A stretch of DNA of 64,000 nucleotides from Rhizophagus irregularis (GCF_026210795.1 NC_089433.1:620001-684000); one strand, 5' to 3'. Positions 1-14,594 are shown, counted from the first letter of the stretch. Numbers and translations are program-made. Notes: generated by a model not told the origin, from the letters alone.

Positions 1-3000
1 ATTTATGATATTTATGACAGTTAGTAACTCTGGCAGTAATAACTCGGAAAAATTCGGACTAAATCACTAGCTTCCGAATACGAAAATTTGTAGATTTATC
101 ACGTGTACGGTATACCTTTACTATGAAAAACCTGAAACGGATAACGGATACATAAGATAATCAGTTGCACGTTGGAGAGATTAAACATTTTTATTCCTTT
201 TACCGAAAAAAAAACGAATTTATTTTTTAAATTGATAAATTAAGTTATTTTATCGATAATTAATAATTACAGTTAATATATTTTCAACAAAATTAAAAAG
301 TTCTATATCATTATTTGGCAAGATTTACATGCCTAAAAATTGATCCTTTAACTTATTAATGTTTAAAAAATCGTTACATTTTTAACTTTATTAATATTTA
401 ATAATTATTTTTTTAAAAAATATACAAATATACAAAAATATTAAAAAAAACACCCATGAATTTTCTTAATTTGGTGATCCATCAGTAAACCATTGGACAA
501 AAAAAAAACAATTTACTCTTTTAATACGTGAAAAAAAAAAACTTATTCCTCATCTAATCCTATTCCTAACCCTAACCCACATGCCTTATTTCTTACCTTT
601 TTTTAAAAAATCCCTTTTCTTCCTTTTTCTTTTTTTTTAGAATTTGATTATTTCCTTAAAAAAATTTAAATTTTGATTATTTCTTAAAAGTAACTTTTCT
701 TTGTGCTTTTTTTTTCTTACCTTTTTTTTTAAAAAAAATCTCTTTTCTCCCTTTTTTCTTTTTTTTTAAATTTGATCATTCCTTTTTCCCGCTTTCCATC
801 ATTTTCTATTAAAAAATTCTATTAAAAAGTAAATATTTCATATGCTTTTTTGTTCTTACCTTTTTTTTAAAAAATCCCTTTTCTTTTATTTTTAAAAATA
901 AATTTGATTATTCTTTTTTGCCGCCAATGATCAAATTTATGGTTTACCGACAGTTCACCATACTAAAGCTTATTACTATAACGGTTAAGCTATCCCAAAA
1001 CCCCCAAACCTCAAATTATCATTTCGCCACCGATTATTCTTATAATAAATCATTATCATTTATTATACCAATAACTTAAAGTTATTGTAACTGCTCTTAA
1101 GAGGATCCGAGGCTTGTGGAGTTTTTTTATTCAAAGGATGCCTGGATGCCTTGCCAGAGCCTTGCCGGCTTGCCCCAAGAAAAATCTTATTTTTCATACT
1201 TACTAGGAGAGATATGTGTAGTATGGTTCCAAACATTCCATATTGTTTCGTATGGTTTCGTATTTAGCTTGACATTCTTAATGTCAAACTCATAATGGCA
1301 ATTGTTGTGGTCAAATTTGCCATTTTTCAAAATGACTTTGGTTATTTGCGCTATAAAATTTAAAGAAAGATTGACACCATTAAAAGTCATCTTAAGTATC
1401 ATTTCAAATGACCCTCGCCAACGCTGATATGATCATAACGCTGGTAGGATCATTGTAATTTAACACAATGTAGAGGGGCTTAATAGAATATCTTATTTTC
1501 TTTTCACGATCATATATATATACCTGTCCGCACTTATATAAATAATGATTTTTTGGGACAAATTAATTTTAATAAGTTGAGTAACAAAAAAAGATTTTAT
1601 TGAAAAAAATATATATATCATGTCTGATATACAGTGACTATACTATATCCGTTAAATTACTATAAAAAATTTTCTTTCCAATACTTATAATAAAAGCATT
1701 CGTAATCATTGTGTTAAATCAAGATAAACTATTTAATTTGAAAATTTTTTTTAATTAGATGAATATATATTTACGGTATATACATATAAAAAAATTTTTA
1801 TTTAAAAAAAAACATACCTAATTTCATTCATTTATATCATTGTGAGAGTATTGGGGGTAAGAAACAAGAGGAGATGCCTGGTAGTGGGTCTCATAAGAAA
1901 AGTTGATTGCGTAGTGTTATTTCCAAATGTAACCGTTAACTCGGTTTTTTCTTTGGCGGCGCGAATTTTGCCGCAGTCGCCATCTTAAACGAGAAATTTT
2001 ATTCCCGAAATGATTACAAAAAAAAAAATTTTTTTTTTTTTTTGAAATTACAAGTCAAATAGTTACCACAAGGTAACAATATTGTATATTCGTTTTATTT
2101 CTTTAAAAAACGTCCTTTTTGCTCCTTTCATAACGGGTTTCTTTGTTGAGGAAAATAAGGGGGGGGGAAGGAGTTGTTAAAGGTTGTAAAGGAATGTCGG
2201 GGGTTTTTTTTTCTTTCTAAACCATTTTTATTTCTAGAAACAAAAAAAAAAAAAAAAAGGAGTTTCAAATTTCGAAAAAAAAAAAATTTTTTTTTTTTTT
2301 AAAAAAAAAGAAAGAAAAAAAAAATGAAAGAAGGTAAAGGAACCGTTATACATTACCAAAGTAATTTTTTTTTTCTCTCAAAAACTCCTCCATTTTTATG
2401 TGAAAATATTTACGGAATTTTCGGAGTTTTTTGATCTACCAAAAAAAAATTCAATTGTTTAATTGTTACCAAAAAATAGTAATTTTATTTTTTATTCTTC
2501 ACATCAATGACAACATCAATTAGTATTATCAGGTATAAATGATCATTAATAATATGGTTAATATGGTTAATATGGTAACAATATGTGATAATTAATGCGG
2601 TGATAAAAGAATTATGATGAAATTGTGGCAATTACAAAAAGATTGTGTATGTTACATCAACATCCTATAATAAGTTGAGATCTGTTTTTGTCTTTGTCTT
2701 TAATTTTTGGAATTTTTTTTTTTTGATATTCTCACTTTCGCGTGATCTTTTTTTTTAAAGTTTTGTAAAACATTATACTTATCAGTTATCATACTATCAT
2801 AATTATCATAATTATCATAATTTAAACTTTCAACCCTTTTTTACATTTGCATATGAAACTTGGTAACAGGTGAATATGATATATATGATAATTATCGATC
2901 GATAATTCGATAATGAAGGATAAATTAAAATTAGATCCGTAGTAAATTATGTAATACGAAAAAAAGATGACCATGAATTAATTCCCGATTTCATAGAATG

Positions 3001-3912
3001 ATATTATTAATATAGTAAATTAAATTATTATTTTATTATTTTATCGAGAGAGAAATTAAGAAAAAAAAAATTGTTTTTTTTTATAAATTATAAATCAAAA
3101 AGAAATAATATATATATGTATATGTATATGTGTATATTATATATATACATTATTAAAATAAATCAATTCAATAAGAATGTATATTATATATATACATTAT
3201 TAAAATAAATCAAATACGATAAGAATGTATATTATATATATATACATTATTAAAATAAATCAATATAATAAGAAAATAAATAGAAAAAATAAAAAAAAGA
3301 ATATAAAAAAAAAATAAAAAAATAAACATTAGATAATAAAAAATAAACATTAATAAAATATTTTTTTTTCGCGAATCTTTATATAAAAGAAAAAAATTAT
3401 TCGCGATTAAAAACAAAAAATTAAATTACAATAAAATACAAAATACGATGATTTGTTATTATTATTATTATTATTAAAAAATAATTTCTATGCCCAATAC
3501 AAGTAAAAAGTATTCTATGTAGAAAAAAAAAAAAAAAATAATGAGAAAAAAAGGAATTCTATCCAAGAAATACCCTCTATATAAAAAAGAAATAGAAAAT
3601 AGAAATAGAAAATAGAAAAATGTCCATGAAATATCAATGTAATATACGTGTAATACAAAAAAAAAATTGTTCAGATATATATAAAAAAAAAAAATTGTGT
3701 AATATATAAAAAATATGCAAATAAAAATATTGTCCAATGAAATAATGTCCCAGTGAAATAACAAAGTGATAATACAAATAAAGAAAAAAAAAAAGAAAAA
3801 TAATTAATTTTTTTTTTTGTTGTGTATATATGTACAACTAAATGTCCATTTCTATGTATATGAATAAAAAAAAAAAAAAAGATCTATAGTAAATTTTTAC
3901 CCTAAAGAAGTT

Positions 3913-5340
3913 TCATTCATCTTTGCGTTGTAATACAACAAAAGTTGCCAACTCTTTTGTATGAAATTCTTCATCATATAAATAATTCATTTTATCGAAA
4001 TTATCAAAAGTATAATTATTATCTTTTAATATGATAGGAATTTTTGTAATAGAAATGATCTCATATTCAGGTTTGTAATCACAATTTTGAGAGGCAGCGG
4101 AAGAAACATAAAAATTATTTTGTGTAGAAGTAGAAGATTTTGGGGTACGAGTAATTGGAGTATAACTAGTTGTGGGAGTACGAGAGGCAGAGGTAGTTGT
4201 TGTATTACAAGGATTATAAATAATAGGAACTATTTCAGATGAATCACCGGAAGAATTAGAATTTAAAGAAATATTATCGGAATTGAAACGATTTCTTTGA
4301 TGTAAAGAAGAAATTGAATAAGAAGATGAGTTCGATCTTCTTATACCAATAACATTAGAAGTAACAATTTCTTCACCATCAACAAAATCGGGTTCATCAT
4401 TACTTAATCTTTCAATAGGAATTACTTTATACTTAGGGGAGGTGGTATGTATTTTTACGCGATGGGAAATTAAAGTTTGTAATGGTTTAATACCATAAAA
4501 ACTTGCTTCATAATCTAATTTTTGTAAAATGCTTAATGGGATGGAGTTTGGTAAAGTGCCAGTCCTTAAAAATGATAAAATATAATTGAATAATTCACCA
4601 TCTCTATCGATGAATAATTCTTCTGGCCAAGGATATTGAGGATGAGCTGAAGAAGGGGGTAAATTAGGGGATCGAAATATGAAAAATAATTCGGATAAAT
4701 AAGAAGGATATGTACATAATGTTTGTTGTGTTGTCATATAAGTAATTCCTCCCACATTTAATTTTATAGCAACCGGATGAACGAAACTAAAAAAGAAAAA
4801 AGAAAATTTTAATTAGAAAATTATCCTTAAATATAGATTTAATTTCTTGATAATAAATAAATTTTACCTTGGAGTAACAGGAGAGAATTTTGGCTTATTA
4901 AAGATATTGTTTATGCTATACCTTTTATAATTATTTTTAGTATGAGGAAATGGATATGGATGCGATTGTTGTGGTTGATGATGTGGCTGATGATGTGGTT
5001 GATGATGTGAATGTTGTTGTGGTTGTTGTTGTGGTTGTGGTTGTGGTTGAATTGGTAATTGTGGTTTTGTATCAAATTGATAAAATGGTTTTAATGGTTT
5101 TTCTTTTGTTGAATTGAATTTGGATTCTGGAAGTGTAATTTTTGTATTTCCTTGAATGGGATTTAATTTAATTTCCCTGGTGATAATTTCTTCTTTAACA
5201 TTGGTCGTGTTAGTGATAATTGTTGAAGGTGTGATGGTTTCCTTTTTATTCTTTTTGGAAATTTTCGTAATTTTTGATATACAAATAAATGGTTTTTTAC
5301 ACTTTCCAAAGAACTTTTTTATTTTATTTGGAACGGCCAT
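3913..5340 (-). CDS. BTB/POZ (KCTD/T1-type) domain protein with Gln/His/Pro-rich N-terminus; 2 exons (5340-4868, 4786-3913)
   Basis: A GT-AG intron at 4867-4787 joins the two ORF-track pieces in frame, giving ...VTPSFVHPVAIKLNVGGITYMTTQQTL...LFIDRDGELFNYILSFLRTG...EASFYGI. These are canonical KCTD-type BTB motifs. Confidence 0.88.
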
Positions 5341-7380
5341 TTTTTTTTTTTAATATTCCTTAAAATAAAAAGATGTATTTAATAAAATATAAACAAAAGA
5401 TAAAATATAAAAAAAATTATTTACAATTTTACAAAATTGAATTTTCTTTTTTTTAATTTTTTTTTTATATATAACTAAAAAAAAAGTATATATAAAAAAA
5501 AATAAATAAAAAAAAAATTATATTTTAAGAGAAGAGAAAAAAAAAAAACTTTATTATCTCGAAATTCGAGATATGAAGTAAAGAAAAGAAGAGAAAAAAA
5601 AAAAATTTTAAATGGATTTTCAGATGCTTGATATTTATAATTTTTTTTCAAAAAAAGAGATAAGGCGGGAAACATAAAATATCATGTTATTCTTGTGTGG
5701 TGATACATGAATTTAAAATGTATATGACGTAGAATGCACGTATGACAAGTTTTAAAAAAAAGAGACAAAAAAAAAATTTTTTTTTTTTTATTGTTTCATG
5801 TAAAATAAAGTGGGGGATATTCATTCTTTATTATAAAAAAAAAAAAAATTAAAATAATATAATATAATATATATACATATATATACAGTATATTATATAT
5901 ATATATATATATATATTATTATATTGTATTCTTTGTTGATATAACCAAATTTAATCTTTTCATACAGTTATAAAAAAATTTTTTTCTTTTTCTTTTTCTT
6001 TTTTTATAATAAGGAATACTTTAAACTTTACAAGAACAAGCGGAATAAGGTAATAATAATGTATGATGTAAATCATGACCTCTAAAGAGATTTCAATAAA
6101 TCAAAATATGGTAAATTAAAAACTAATAATGAAAATTTTTCAATCTCCGTTATTTTAAAATAAATATTAACTCTTACTAATAAGTCAATAACAGGAACAT
6201 AACAGGTAAATATACATTTATTTGGATGGAACCGTTGGATAAATTAAGCGTAATTGATAAAATTTAAAGTTTTTTTTTTTATGTACTCTTTTTTCTTCTT
6301 TAAAAGATTTTAAAAATGAATTATAATCTTCTACTCTTTTAAGTAATAAAATAAAAACTTTAAATTTAAAAAAGGGAAAATCATAACCGTAAAGGATATT
6401 ATTTATTAATAATTAACTTAAATCTTTTTTTTTTTAAATGGAAGTAAAAAAAAAAAAAAATTTTTTTTTTTTAAAGTTGGATTAATCTTTCATTGTAAAA
6501 AATATAAAAAAAATATAAAAAAATATAAAAAAAAATAAATAAATATATTTATGTATTTATATCTATGTTAAAAATATAATTAGATTTTCACTTTTTCCTT
6601 TGAAAGGATAGAAATGCATCTAATAAATATTTATATAGAGAAGAAGAAAAAAGGAAATCTTAAAAAGCAAACGCGAGATGATTTAAAATAATATTTTCTT
6701 TTTTTTTTAAAAGGAGAAAAAAAATAAAAAAAAAAAGAGATGGAAAAAAATAAAATTTTAGATTTTCTATTGTAATACTACAATGAAAAAAATAGATATA
6801 CAAGTTTTTTTTTTCTCTTATCTTTTCTTTTACCCTATGTGAGAAAAAAAAAAAAAAAAAGAATATTGGTCATATGTGAAATCTGCAAGGAAGTTCGGTT
6901 TCAAAAGATGCATACTTTTTGACGTAGCAATTCAAGTATAAGTTCTAGTAAATTCCATATTTAAATTAACTAAATATATAAAAATAAGTTGACAATGAAC
7001 CTAAATTAATTTTTATTAAGATAAGCTTAATTCTGCCATGTGGAGATTTTGTACTTGGATAGACACCAACAAATATTGTAAATACGGTAATAATCCCGTT
7101 ATTTTATTATTAAAAAAGTAAATTTTACGACTCTTACAAAGTATAAAGTAATTTAAAGTAATTTTTGAAATTAATTTACCTAATTTACTATAATTTACTA
7201 GTAAACCCAATTAAGTTATTTTTACTTGTTTATTACCTAAATAAAGAAATCTTCCTGCCATGTAAGAACCTCCTCTTTTTTAATTGAAATGTTTCAAATC
7301 TTAATACAAAAATTAAAAAAATGTAATAAATTTCATGTATGTATGATTTACGTATTTACATATAAATTCATGTATGAATA

Positions 7381-7462
7381 TGAAATTCATGTATAAAATT
7401 CATGTATAAATTTCATGTATAAATTTCATGTATAAATTTCATGTATAAATTCATGTACAAAT
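7381..7462. repeat. Short tandem repeat of about 13 bp (AAATTTCATGTAT), about 6 copies
   Basis: Tandem units visible directly. Confidence 0.8.
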
Positions 7463-9920
7463 TTATCCAATTACCAATAAAATACCAATAATAACCGTGA
7501 CTATATCATGTGAATTCGATAATCTTTATTTGTAAAATTCTTTAAAAGCAATCGTTTTCTCTTTTTGGAATCACTTTAATGGTAGATCATTTCCTCTTTT
7601 AATCTTTCGAAACCGAATGAAACGATTAAAATTGATTAATATATCAGGAATCAAATGCATGGAGACCGTCCGTTGCATATTATGCGGAATAAAATCTTTT
7701 TTACTCCGGGAATTTATGAAAAAAGTTTTAATGAACTTTAAAATAAATAAATTAATTAAAATATTTTTTATTGCTTTTTAAGTACAATTACTCATTTTAA
7801 CTCATTACTCATTTTAACCGTTAAACAACAAGTTATTTTTATTCTCAAATGAAATTAAAATAAAACCTGTAAGTTTACAAGTCATGATCATTTAACTTTT
7901 TGCTTGTCGCCTGACTATATCATACGATACACAAACATTTTCTTTTTCTTTCTTTTATTCCCTCTTTTCTATTTCGTAAATGTAGTTTCTACTTTACTTT
8001 ACATATCATGGGATTATCTAATGCAGGAATCTTCTTTTTTGCATTTTCAAGTTAAATAAATCAATTTTGTTATCCTATGTCAAAAAAAATTGTACGGATG
8101 TTAATTTGTTAAATCTCCGATTAAAATTACTAATAAGCTTTTTTTTAAAAGTATTGAAAGGTTTGATTTTCTTTGTTTCTATCTATTTTGTCAAATGATT
8201 ATAATTCGATTGTTTTATCTTCCAATAATAACTTTTACCCTGTATATGGATTTTTCTTGGCAAAAAAAAAAAAAAAGAATAAATCTTTTATTTCTTATAT
8301 GGAACATAATGTTTGTATACTCTCTAGGCATCGTTTAAAAGAAAAACCTGTTCTTTTTTTCTTTTTTTTCTTGTGATATGTAATACTAAGAATATTCTAG
8401 GTATTTTATATAATTTTAGTAAAAAATAAATTAAATGATCTTAACATTTCTATCAAGAAGTTCTTGATCGAAAAAGTGTAAATCCCCCTTTTATATTTTC
8501 ATCATGTGATCCAAAAAAAAAAAAGGCGAAAAAAATCTGCGCCGAAATCGTTGAAAGGAAGTAGGGAACGATGGACCGTGTAACAATCATGAAGTTTAAA
8601 ACATGAAACTCAATACGGGGTTTTCGGGTTTTTCTTTATTATAAATATACTACCCAATCATTTTCTTGATTTTCCCGGAATTTTTTAAAGCCCGTAAGGT
8701 TTTATAGTAATTATAGTAACATCTATCACATCTTTCCGTAAAAAAAAATTATGTAAAAATAAATTTTGAGTTTTAAGTAGATCTTTTTTTTAAAAAAAGA
8801 CAATAGAATTAACGCGGAAACGTGGCATGTTCAGTACATCAAAGACTGTCCCGAATCGGTTTGATAATTCCTTTATTATAATTATTCTTAATAATAAATG
8901 TTATAACAATGATAATAATAACAAAAACTTCAAACATTTTAAAATTAAAATATAATAAATTATTTATTTCCCTTTTTTCCTTTTTACATTTTACTTCACT
9001 CAAACAAATTAATAATTTTACACTCAAACAATTAATCTTTACTCAAACAATTAAATGTAAGATATTTCTTATTCTGTCCAATGTCCATTCTTTTCACGTG
9101 ATTCTAATGCATAATTCAATTTATTATACTTACAAATAATTGATCATTCATTCATGTATTAATTCTTATATATTGCCTAATATACAAAAGAAATAAAAAA
9201 TTTTCCTTAATTAATTTGAAACTAACTTGATTGAGTGAACGATTATTATATTTAAAAATTTGGGTTTGTATAGGTTCGTACAAATAATGTACTGTAATCC
9301 TAAACCAAAACTGTTCCACATCTCAAAATTAATAATCTAGTTTTTATTTTTAAGAATAATTGGATTTGAAAATAGGTTCGTAATCCTAAATTGTAAAATT
9401 GAAAAGAAAGAAAATAAAGCCAATGATGTAACCAATAATTTATTTTTGGTTAGGCAGTTTCAAACCTCAAACAATAATCTCATTATTAAAAAAAAAACTA
9501 GATTATTAGCCAAGATGTGGAACAGTTTTGGTTTAGGATTCAAATCTTTTAAAGATTATTAATTGAAGATGTGGAACACAGTTTTGGTTTTAGGACTACG
9601 AATCCAATTTTTTTTTTAAACATAGTCTTAAAAAAAACTAGATTATTAATTTTTTCAGATTTTCCAACCAATTAAATGTTTCAACCAATTAAATGAGAAG
9701 TAATTCCTCAAATATCGATAATAAAACGGAAACACATTTTTTGTAACACATTATACTGGTGGTTGTGTTCCCAAGTTGTTGAGTCATAGAACTGAATGTA
9801 CAGAAAAAAAGGGAAGATCTATTATTTGATGAAGATTTCTTTTATTGTGTATGAAAATATTTTTTTAAAAATAATAAAATTTTAAGGATTTATTCGATCA
9901 TACCTATTATAATTTGAGTA

Positions 9921-10348
9921 TCGTTCTCGAAATAATGACAAGGAATTTCGCTGCCTTTGGACCATTATAAGTACAGTCGCCTTCTGTTAGTACTTCCATT
10001 AAATGCTTTTTGTATCGTTCTCGGAAGAATGACAAGGAATTTCGCTGCCTTTGGACCATTATAAGCACAGTCGCTTTCTGTTAGTACTTCCATAAAATGC
10101 TTTTTGTATCAGAATGACAAAGAATTTCGCTGCCTTTAGACTGTTATAAGTACAGTCGCCTTCTGCTAGTACTTCCATTAAATGCTTTTTGTATTGTTCT
10201 CGGAAGAATGACAAGGAGTTCGCTGCCTTGCCTCTGAACCGTTATAAGTACAGTCGCCTTTTGCTAGTACTTCCATTAAATGCTTTTTGTATCGTTCTCG
10301 GAAGAATGACAAGGAATTTCGCTGCCTTTAGACTGTTATAAGTACAGT
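9921..10348. repeat. Minisatellite of about 94 bp, about 4.6 copies
   Basis: Units start at about 9921, 10015, 10109, 10194 and 10292 (tcgttctcggaagaatgacaaggaatttcgctgcctt...gtacttccattaaatgctttttgta). There are no unique spacers. Confidence 0.92.
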
Positions 10349-11229
10349 TTTTCACTGTGGTCTCACCATTGCTAACTTAATTTCCCTCTAACTTTATAGC
10401 ACTATACAGGCGCCACCGAATAAATTCATATTATAATAATTAAAATCAGATCTTGGTGATTTTGGTTTATATAATTTTGACAAATGACTATCTCAACCAG
10501 AAAAAAATCTATACGAAAAAGATGATAATGCCAATAATATTGTTACGTAACAAAGTTTTTAAAAATAAATTTTCTACTAAAAACAAAACTTACACCATAA
10601 CATATCTCTTTATCCAAACCCATCCTTTGATGTGCCATGTTATCAAGATCGTATTGTGAATTCCATTATACATTCGGTAATTACACAATAAATTTGGAAG
10701 GAATTTTGATTAAATTAATTACCCGTAATGACCCGTAATGACTTGTACTTCCAATAGTATGAAAATTTGGTTGGAAGCTTCCAATCCAAAATGGTTTTAT
10801 TAGAAAATTATGCTTCCAATCTTTCCAAAGATGCTTCCAATAGTGCTTCCATTCTTCTAAGAGCACGTCACTGCAGTTATAAACAATAGATTTTCCGGAG
10901 ATATCATTACTGCGTCCTCTCAAGACCAGTATATACTATGTCTTCGCTCGCATGTCCATCATACATCTTTTATAAGGTCATCAACATAAATCGAATACCT
11001 TTTAGATACTTTAATTGATTATGATTGATGGAATTTCTGGTATAACGAAATAAATTCTTGTAAAACATCATTATGTTGGAGATTTTTTTATTCAGCGTTT
11101 TATTCCAATTCCTCTCTTCGTATTCACCCTCCTCCTCTTCGACTGCTGCTTTCTGATATTGTTGTTTTATTTGTTGGGATTTGACATGGGGATTGCAACT
11201 GCGTAGACTCAGTTGTTACTCGGTTGATT

Positions 11230-12435
11230 ATTTTAATAAATCCACCTTTCTGAATTACTATATTGTGAAGATAATTGTATGAATTTTGTTGAATTTATTA
11301 TCATCTTTGTTATTACTATTAATTTCTATTTACTATAATCTAAAGACCATAGTGCGGGTTGGCCAAAATTATAAACAATTTTGCTCACACTATGGCATTG
11401 GCTCGAGTTGACTTGAGTTCTGATTCAAGTTCTGACTCGATTTATTCTTTCAGGTGAAAAAATTCTTGATTCGTTTTACTCGAATTGTCCTGACTAATAT
11501 AGTAGTGATTGGAAGCATTAGGTTGTTGTTTTGTTGTGATTCTGAAACAACGAGTTACTCGGCAACCATCATTGTCGCTAAATTACGTGATTCAATCTGA
11601 AAAATATAATATTGTTATAATGAATAAGAGTTTATAGTTTTGCATTCATAAAAGTTAATTCAACAATTAAAGAAGAAAAATTATCTTACTTCACTTAAAA
11701 TTTCCAATGACTATGAGTATAAGCATTTGAAGTTATTTTTTAATTATGTTTACTTGTAAAGTTGCGAGAGTTATATAAACATTTTAAAGTAGCAGCTATT
11801 AACCTATTGATTATTTTTCCATCCTTCAATAAATCCATCTTTTCTAAATTACTATCAATATGGTAAAGGTAAGTAGTGGACAATCGATGTTTCACACCTA
11901 ACCGAATTTAACAATTCGTTTACAAAATGGGCTCCTTAACAATTCACGAGGACATCCATGTCGATAGATTATGTTCTCATAGAAAAACGCAATTATCGAT
12001 GTTATTTTAGCACCACCCGCAAACAAACGGGGTAATTGTATTGAATTTTCGTTGAATTCTTCATCATCATCTTTGTTATTACTATTGATTCCATTCACTA
12101 TAATAGTAGTTAGGTTGTTGTTTTGTTTATGATTCTGAAACAACGAGATACTCAGCAACCATCATTGTCGCTAAAATACGCGATTCAATCTGAAAAATAT
12201 TATTATAGTAAATAAAAATTTATAGTTTTGCATTTATAAAATTTAATTCAACAATTTAAAAAAGAAAAATTTTCTTACTTCGCTCAAAATTTCCAATGAT
12301 TATGAGTATGCACCGTATTTTTTAAAGTTATATTTTTAATTATGTTTACTGTGAGTCATGTAAACATTTTAAAGTGACAGCTGCTACTCTATTGATTATT
12401 GTTCCATTCTTAATAAATCCATCTTTCCAAATTTT
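11230..12435 (-). repeat. Degenerate direct duplication (about 590 bp period) of a pseudogene-like segment
   Basis: 11519-11850 and 12110-12430 are near-identical (ttaggttgttgttttg...gcaaccatcattgtcgctaaa...caatctgaaaaatat...cttacttc...aataaatccatcttt). 11230-11335 matches the preceding part of the unit. Minus-strand splice-like signals (GTAAG, CAG) are present in both copies. Confidence 0.75.
11870..12015 (-). pseudogene. Fragment of an rve-type integrase (Gypsy/Ginger-like)
   Basis: Across frameshifts the minus strand reads AFFYENIIYRHGCPRELL / GAHFVNELLNS / LGVKHRLSTTY. This matches the integrase core around the second Asp, but the S-D-x-G residues are deleted. Confidence 0.8.
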
Positions 12436-14594
12436 GATATAAATAATATTGTTTGTGAATTTATCGTTTTATGCAAGTATGCTATGATACATCATCTAAT
12501 GCAGGAAAGATGATATTTTGATTACTAATAAAGCATGATGAATGGAAACGCTTCTTTAATAAAAATGTTCGACTTTCCCCGTTCTTAATATCATACTATT
12601 TATGTAACGAAACAATGGGACCTAATTTAAAAAAATTATAAATTATTAAATAATTAAACTTGTTTGAAAAGAAGACACAAATAATGATAATTAAAATAAT
12701 TGAGGACCATGCAACCGAGAAGGTAGGACACATAAAAATCAGGCTATTGTCGAGCGATATAATCGGACATTAGCTGAGAAGCTATTCAGGATAAGATGCG
12801 TTGGAATTTATGAGTCAGAGAGTACCACCTGGGTTGTGAACATCCCACGTATTGTGGATGAGCTGACATTTGCAATTTAGTAAATAAAAAGCTAGCATCA
12901 AAAATAATATTTTCCAAAGAAATAAGTATAATTAACTGTTTGGGTTAAAAAAAAAGAAGACTCACCAAACGTCCAAGCCATATAAGATATTTTTGTCTAT
13001 AAGCTTTTAAGCTTTAAAATATAAGTATCAGACGTAAAAATACATTTTTTGAAAATTGCAGACGCGATCTAACATTTTTTGTAAAGTCACACCAGAATTA
13101 TGCTGTTGTGAGATTTTGCAAAAGTACAGTACCTGCATTAGTTAATGTCGTACAAGATCGATTTGTTTAAAATAATTTTTTTTTCTTTTTTTCAGTAGAA
13201 TACTGGAAACGAAATTCGGGCAATTCTTTTCTTTTTGTTTGGGATAATTCCTTCTTTTTTAAAGGGACAAGTTTGACGAGTTCCCTATTAAAAACGAAGT
13301 TCGGTAGGTTTGCTTTTAGAATTTAGCGTCTCTTTCTTTTTTTTTCTTTTACTTATTGTTTTTCTTACGGACAAATTCGCGAAATCTGGTTATTAAGGCC
13401 TTCTATATTCTTTTTCGAAGTCGAAGCAGGGATCATTGATTCTTTCTTGGATATCAAAGAATGGGAATTTAAATTTATCCTTTTCTTAAACCAGAGGAAG
13501 TATGATATCGAAGAATGGGAGTTTAAATTTATTCTTTCTTAAACCAGAGGAATTATGAAATGAAGTTCGACAAATTTTGGGGAAATTTTTTAATAAATTT
13601 TCTCACTTAAGAATAAAATTTATTGAGTGGACTTGTGGTCTTCTCCTATTTTATTAGAGACATGAAGTTTAGCGAGTTAGGAACGAAATTTACTTATTCT
13701 TCCGTTTTTAAAATAAAATTCCTTCCTAAATGGGTCAAATTTTAAAATTATATTATTTTAATGGACAAGAGAAGTGGTACTAGTAATAAATTAAGTATTT
13801 TTTGCCATAGAAAGGCTGGTAGAATTTTAAAACATTGCCAGAACTTTCAAGACTCATATAATCAACAAGGAAAAGAAGCGGAGCATTCTGATAAAACAAA
13901 AGTAAAATTATTTTCTTATTATCTATTTTAATTGTTAAATTAGTTTTTTCTAAAAAATTGACTTTAATGCTTATTTTTTTTTAATAGTGATTTGATTTTG
14001 ATTAGTCAACTTTCGCAATGAGGATCACGAGAATCGATTTCTTCACGCTCTTTCTTAATTTCTTTATCTTCTCACTGACAGTGGTGTGCTCATTAATTCA
14101 TTTTATAATATAATTTCTCAGCAAAATACGGTACCAATACGATTATTATTGTTTAGAAATAACAATCGTATTGGTTCAATTTTTCTTTCTTTTAATTTTT
14201 TTATATTTTTATTATTTTTATTTCTTCTTTTATTTTTTTATTTTCTTTTACCGTATTTTGCTGCCAAAATACTGTAAATAATTGAACCAATACGATTATA
14301 TTGTTCTTAATTTTTGTGGATTTCCATTATCCTGGATAAATAATTTAGAAATATTCGGTTTTTTTCTTCTCACAAGTCAAAATTACTAGATGTAAAGATG
14401 AAATTTGGATGATTTGTTGAAGAATTACGAATCAACTTTTTATAAAATTAAAAAATAAAATAGTTTAAAAATCTAATTTGCTTATAATTATCAGCTTATA
14501 ATTACAATTTTATATAATTAATATATAAAAATTATATATTAAATAAAAAAGAATATGCGTAAAATCCATGGAAATAGTATGTAAATATATTATC

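Noticed and set aside
566..578. Telomeric CCCTAA repeat
   Set aside because: Only about two copies; too short to call an interstitial telomere.
1187..1402. 71-aa ORF
   Set aside because: Possibly a pseudogene remnant, but no motif or exon structure could be supported.
3210..3837. Phe/Ile/Tyr-rich short ORFs
   Set aside because: Translations of poly-A/T low-complexity DNA downstream of the BTB gene.
2018..6472. A-tract/T-tract hairpins as terminators
   Set aside because: Homopolymer juxtapositions common in this AT-rich eukaryotic DNA; no GC stem.
9921..10348. CRISPR-like array
   Set aside because: Whole units repeat with no unique spacers, there are no cas genes, and the context is eukaryotic.
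11519..12430. Pair of LTRs around an integrase
   Set aside because: The repeats lack TG...CA ends, PBS/PPT and TSD, and contain splice-like signals; better explained as a duplicated gene fragment.
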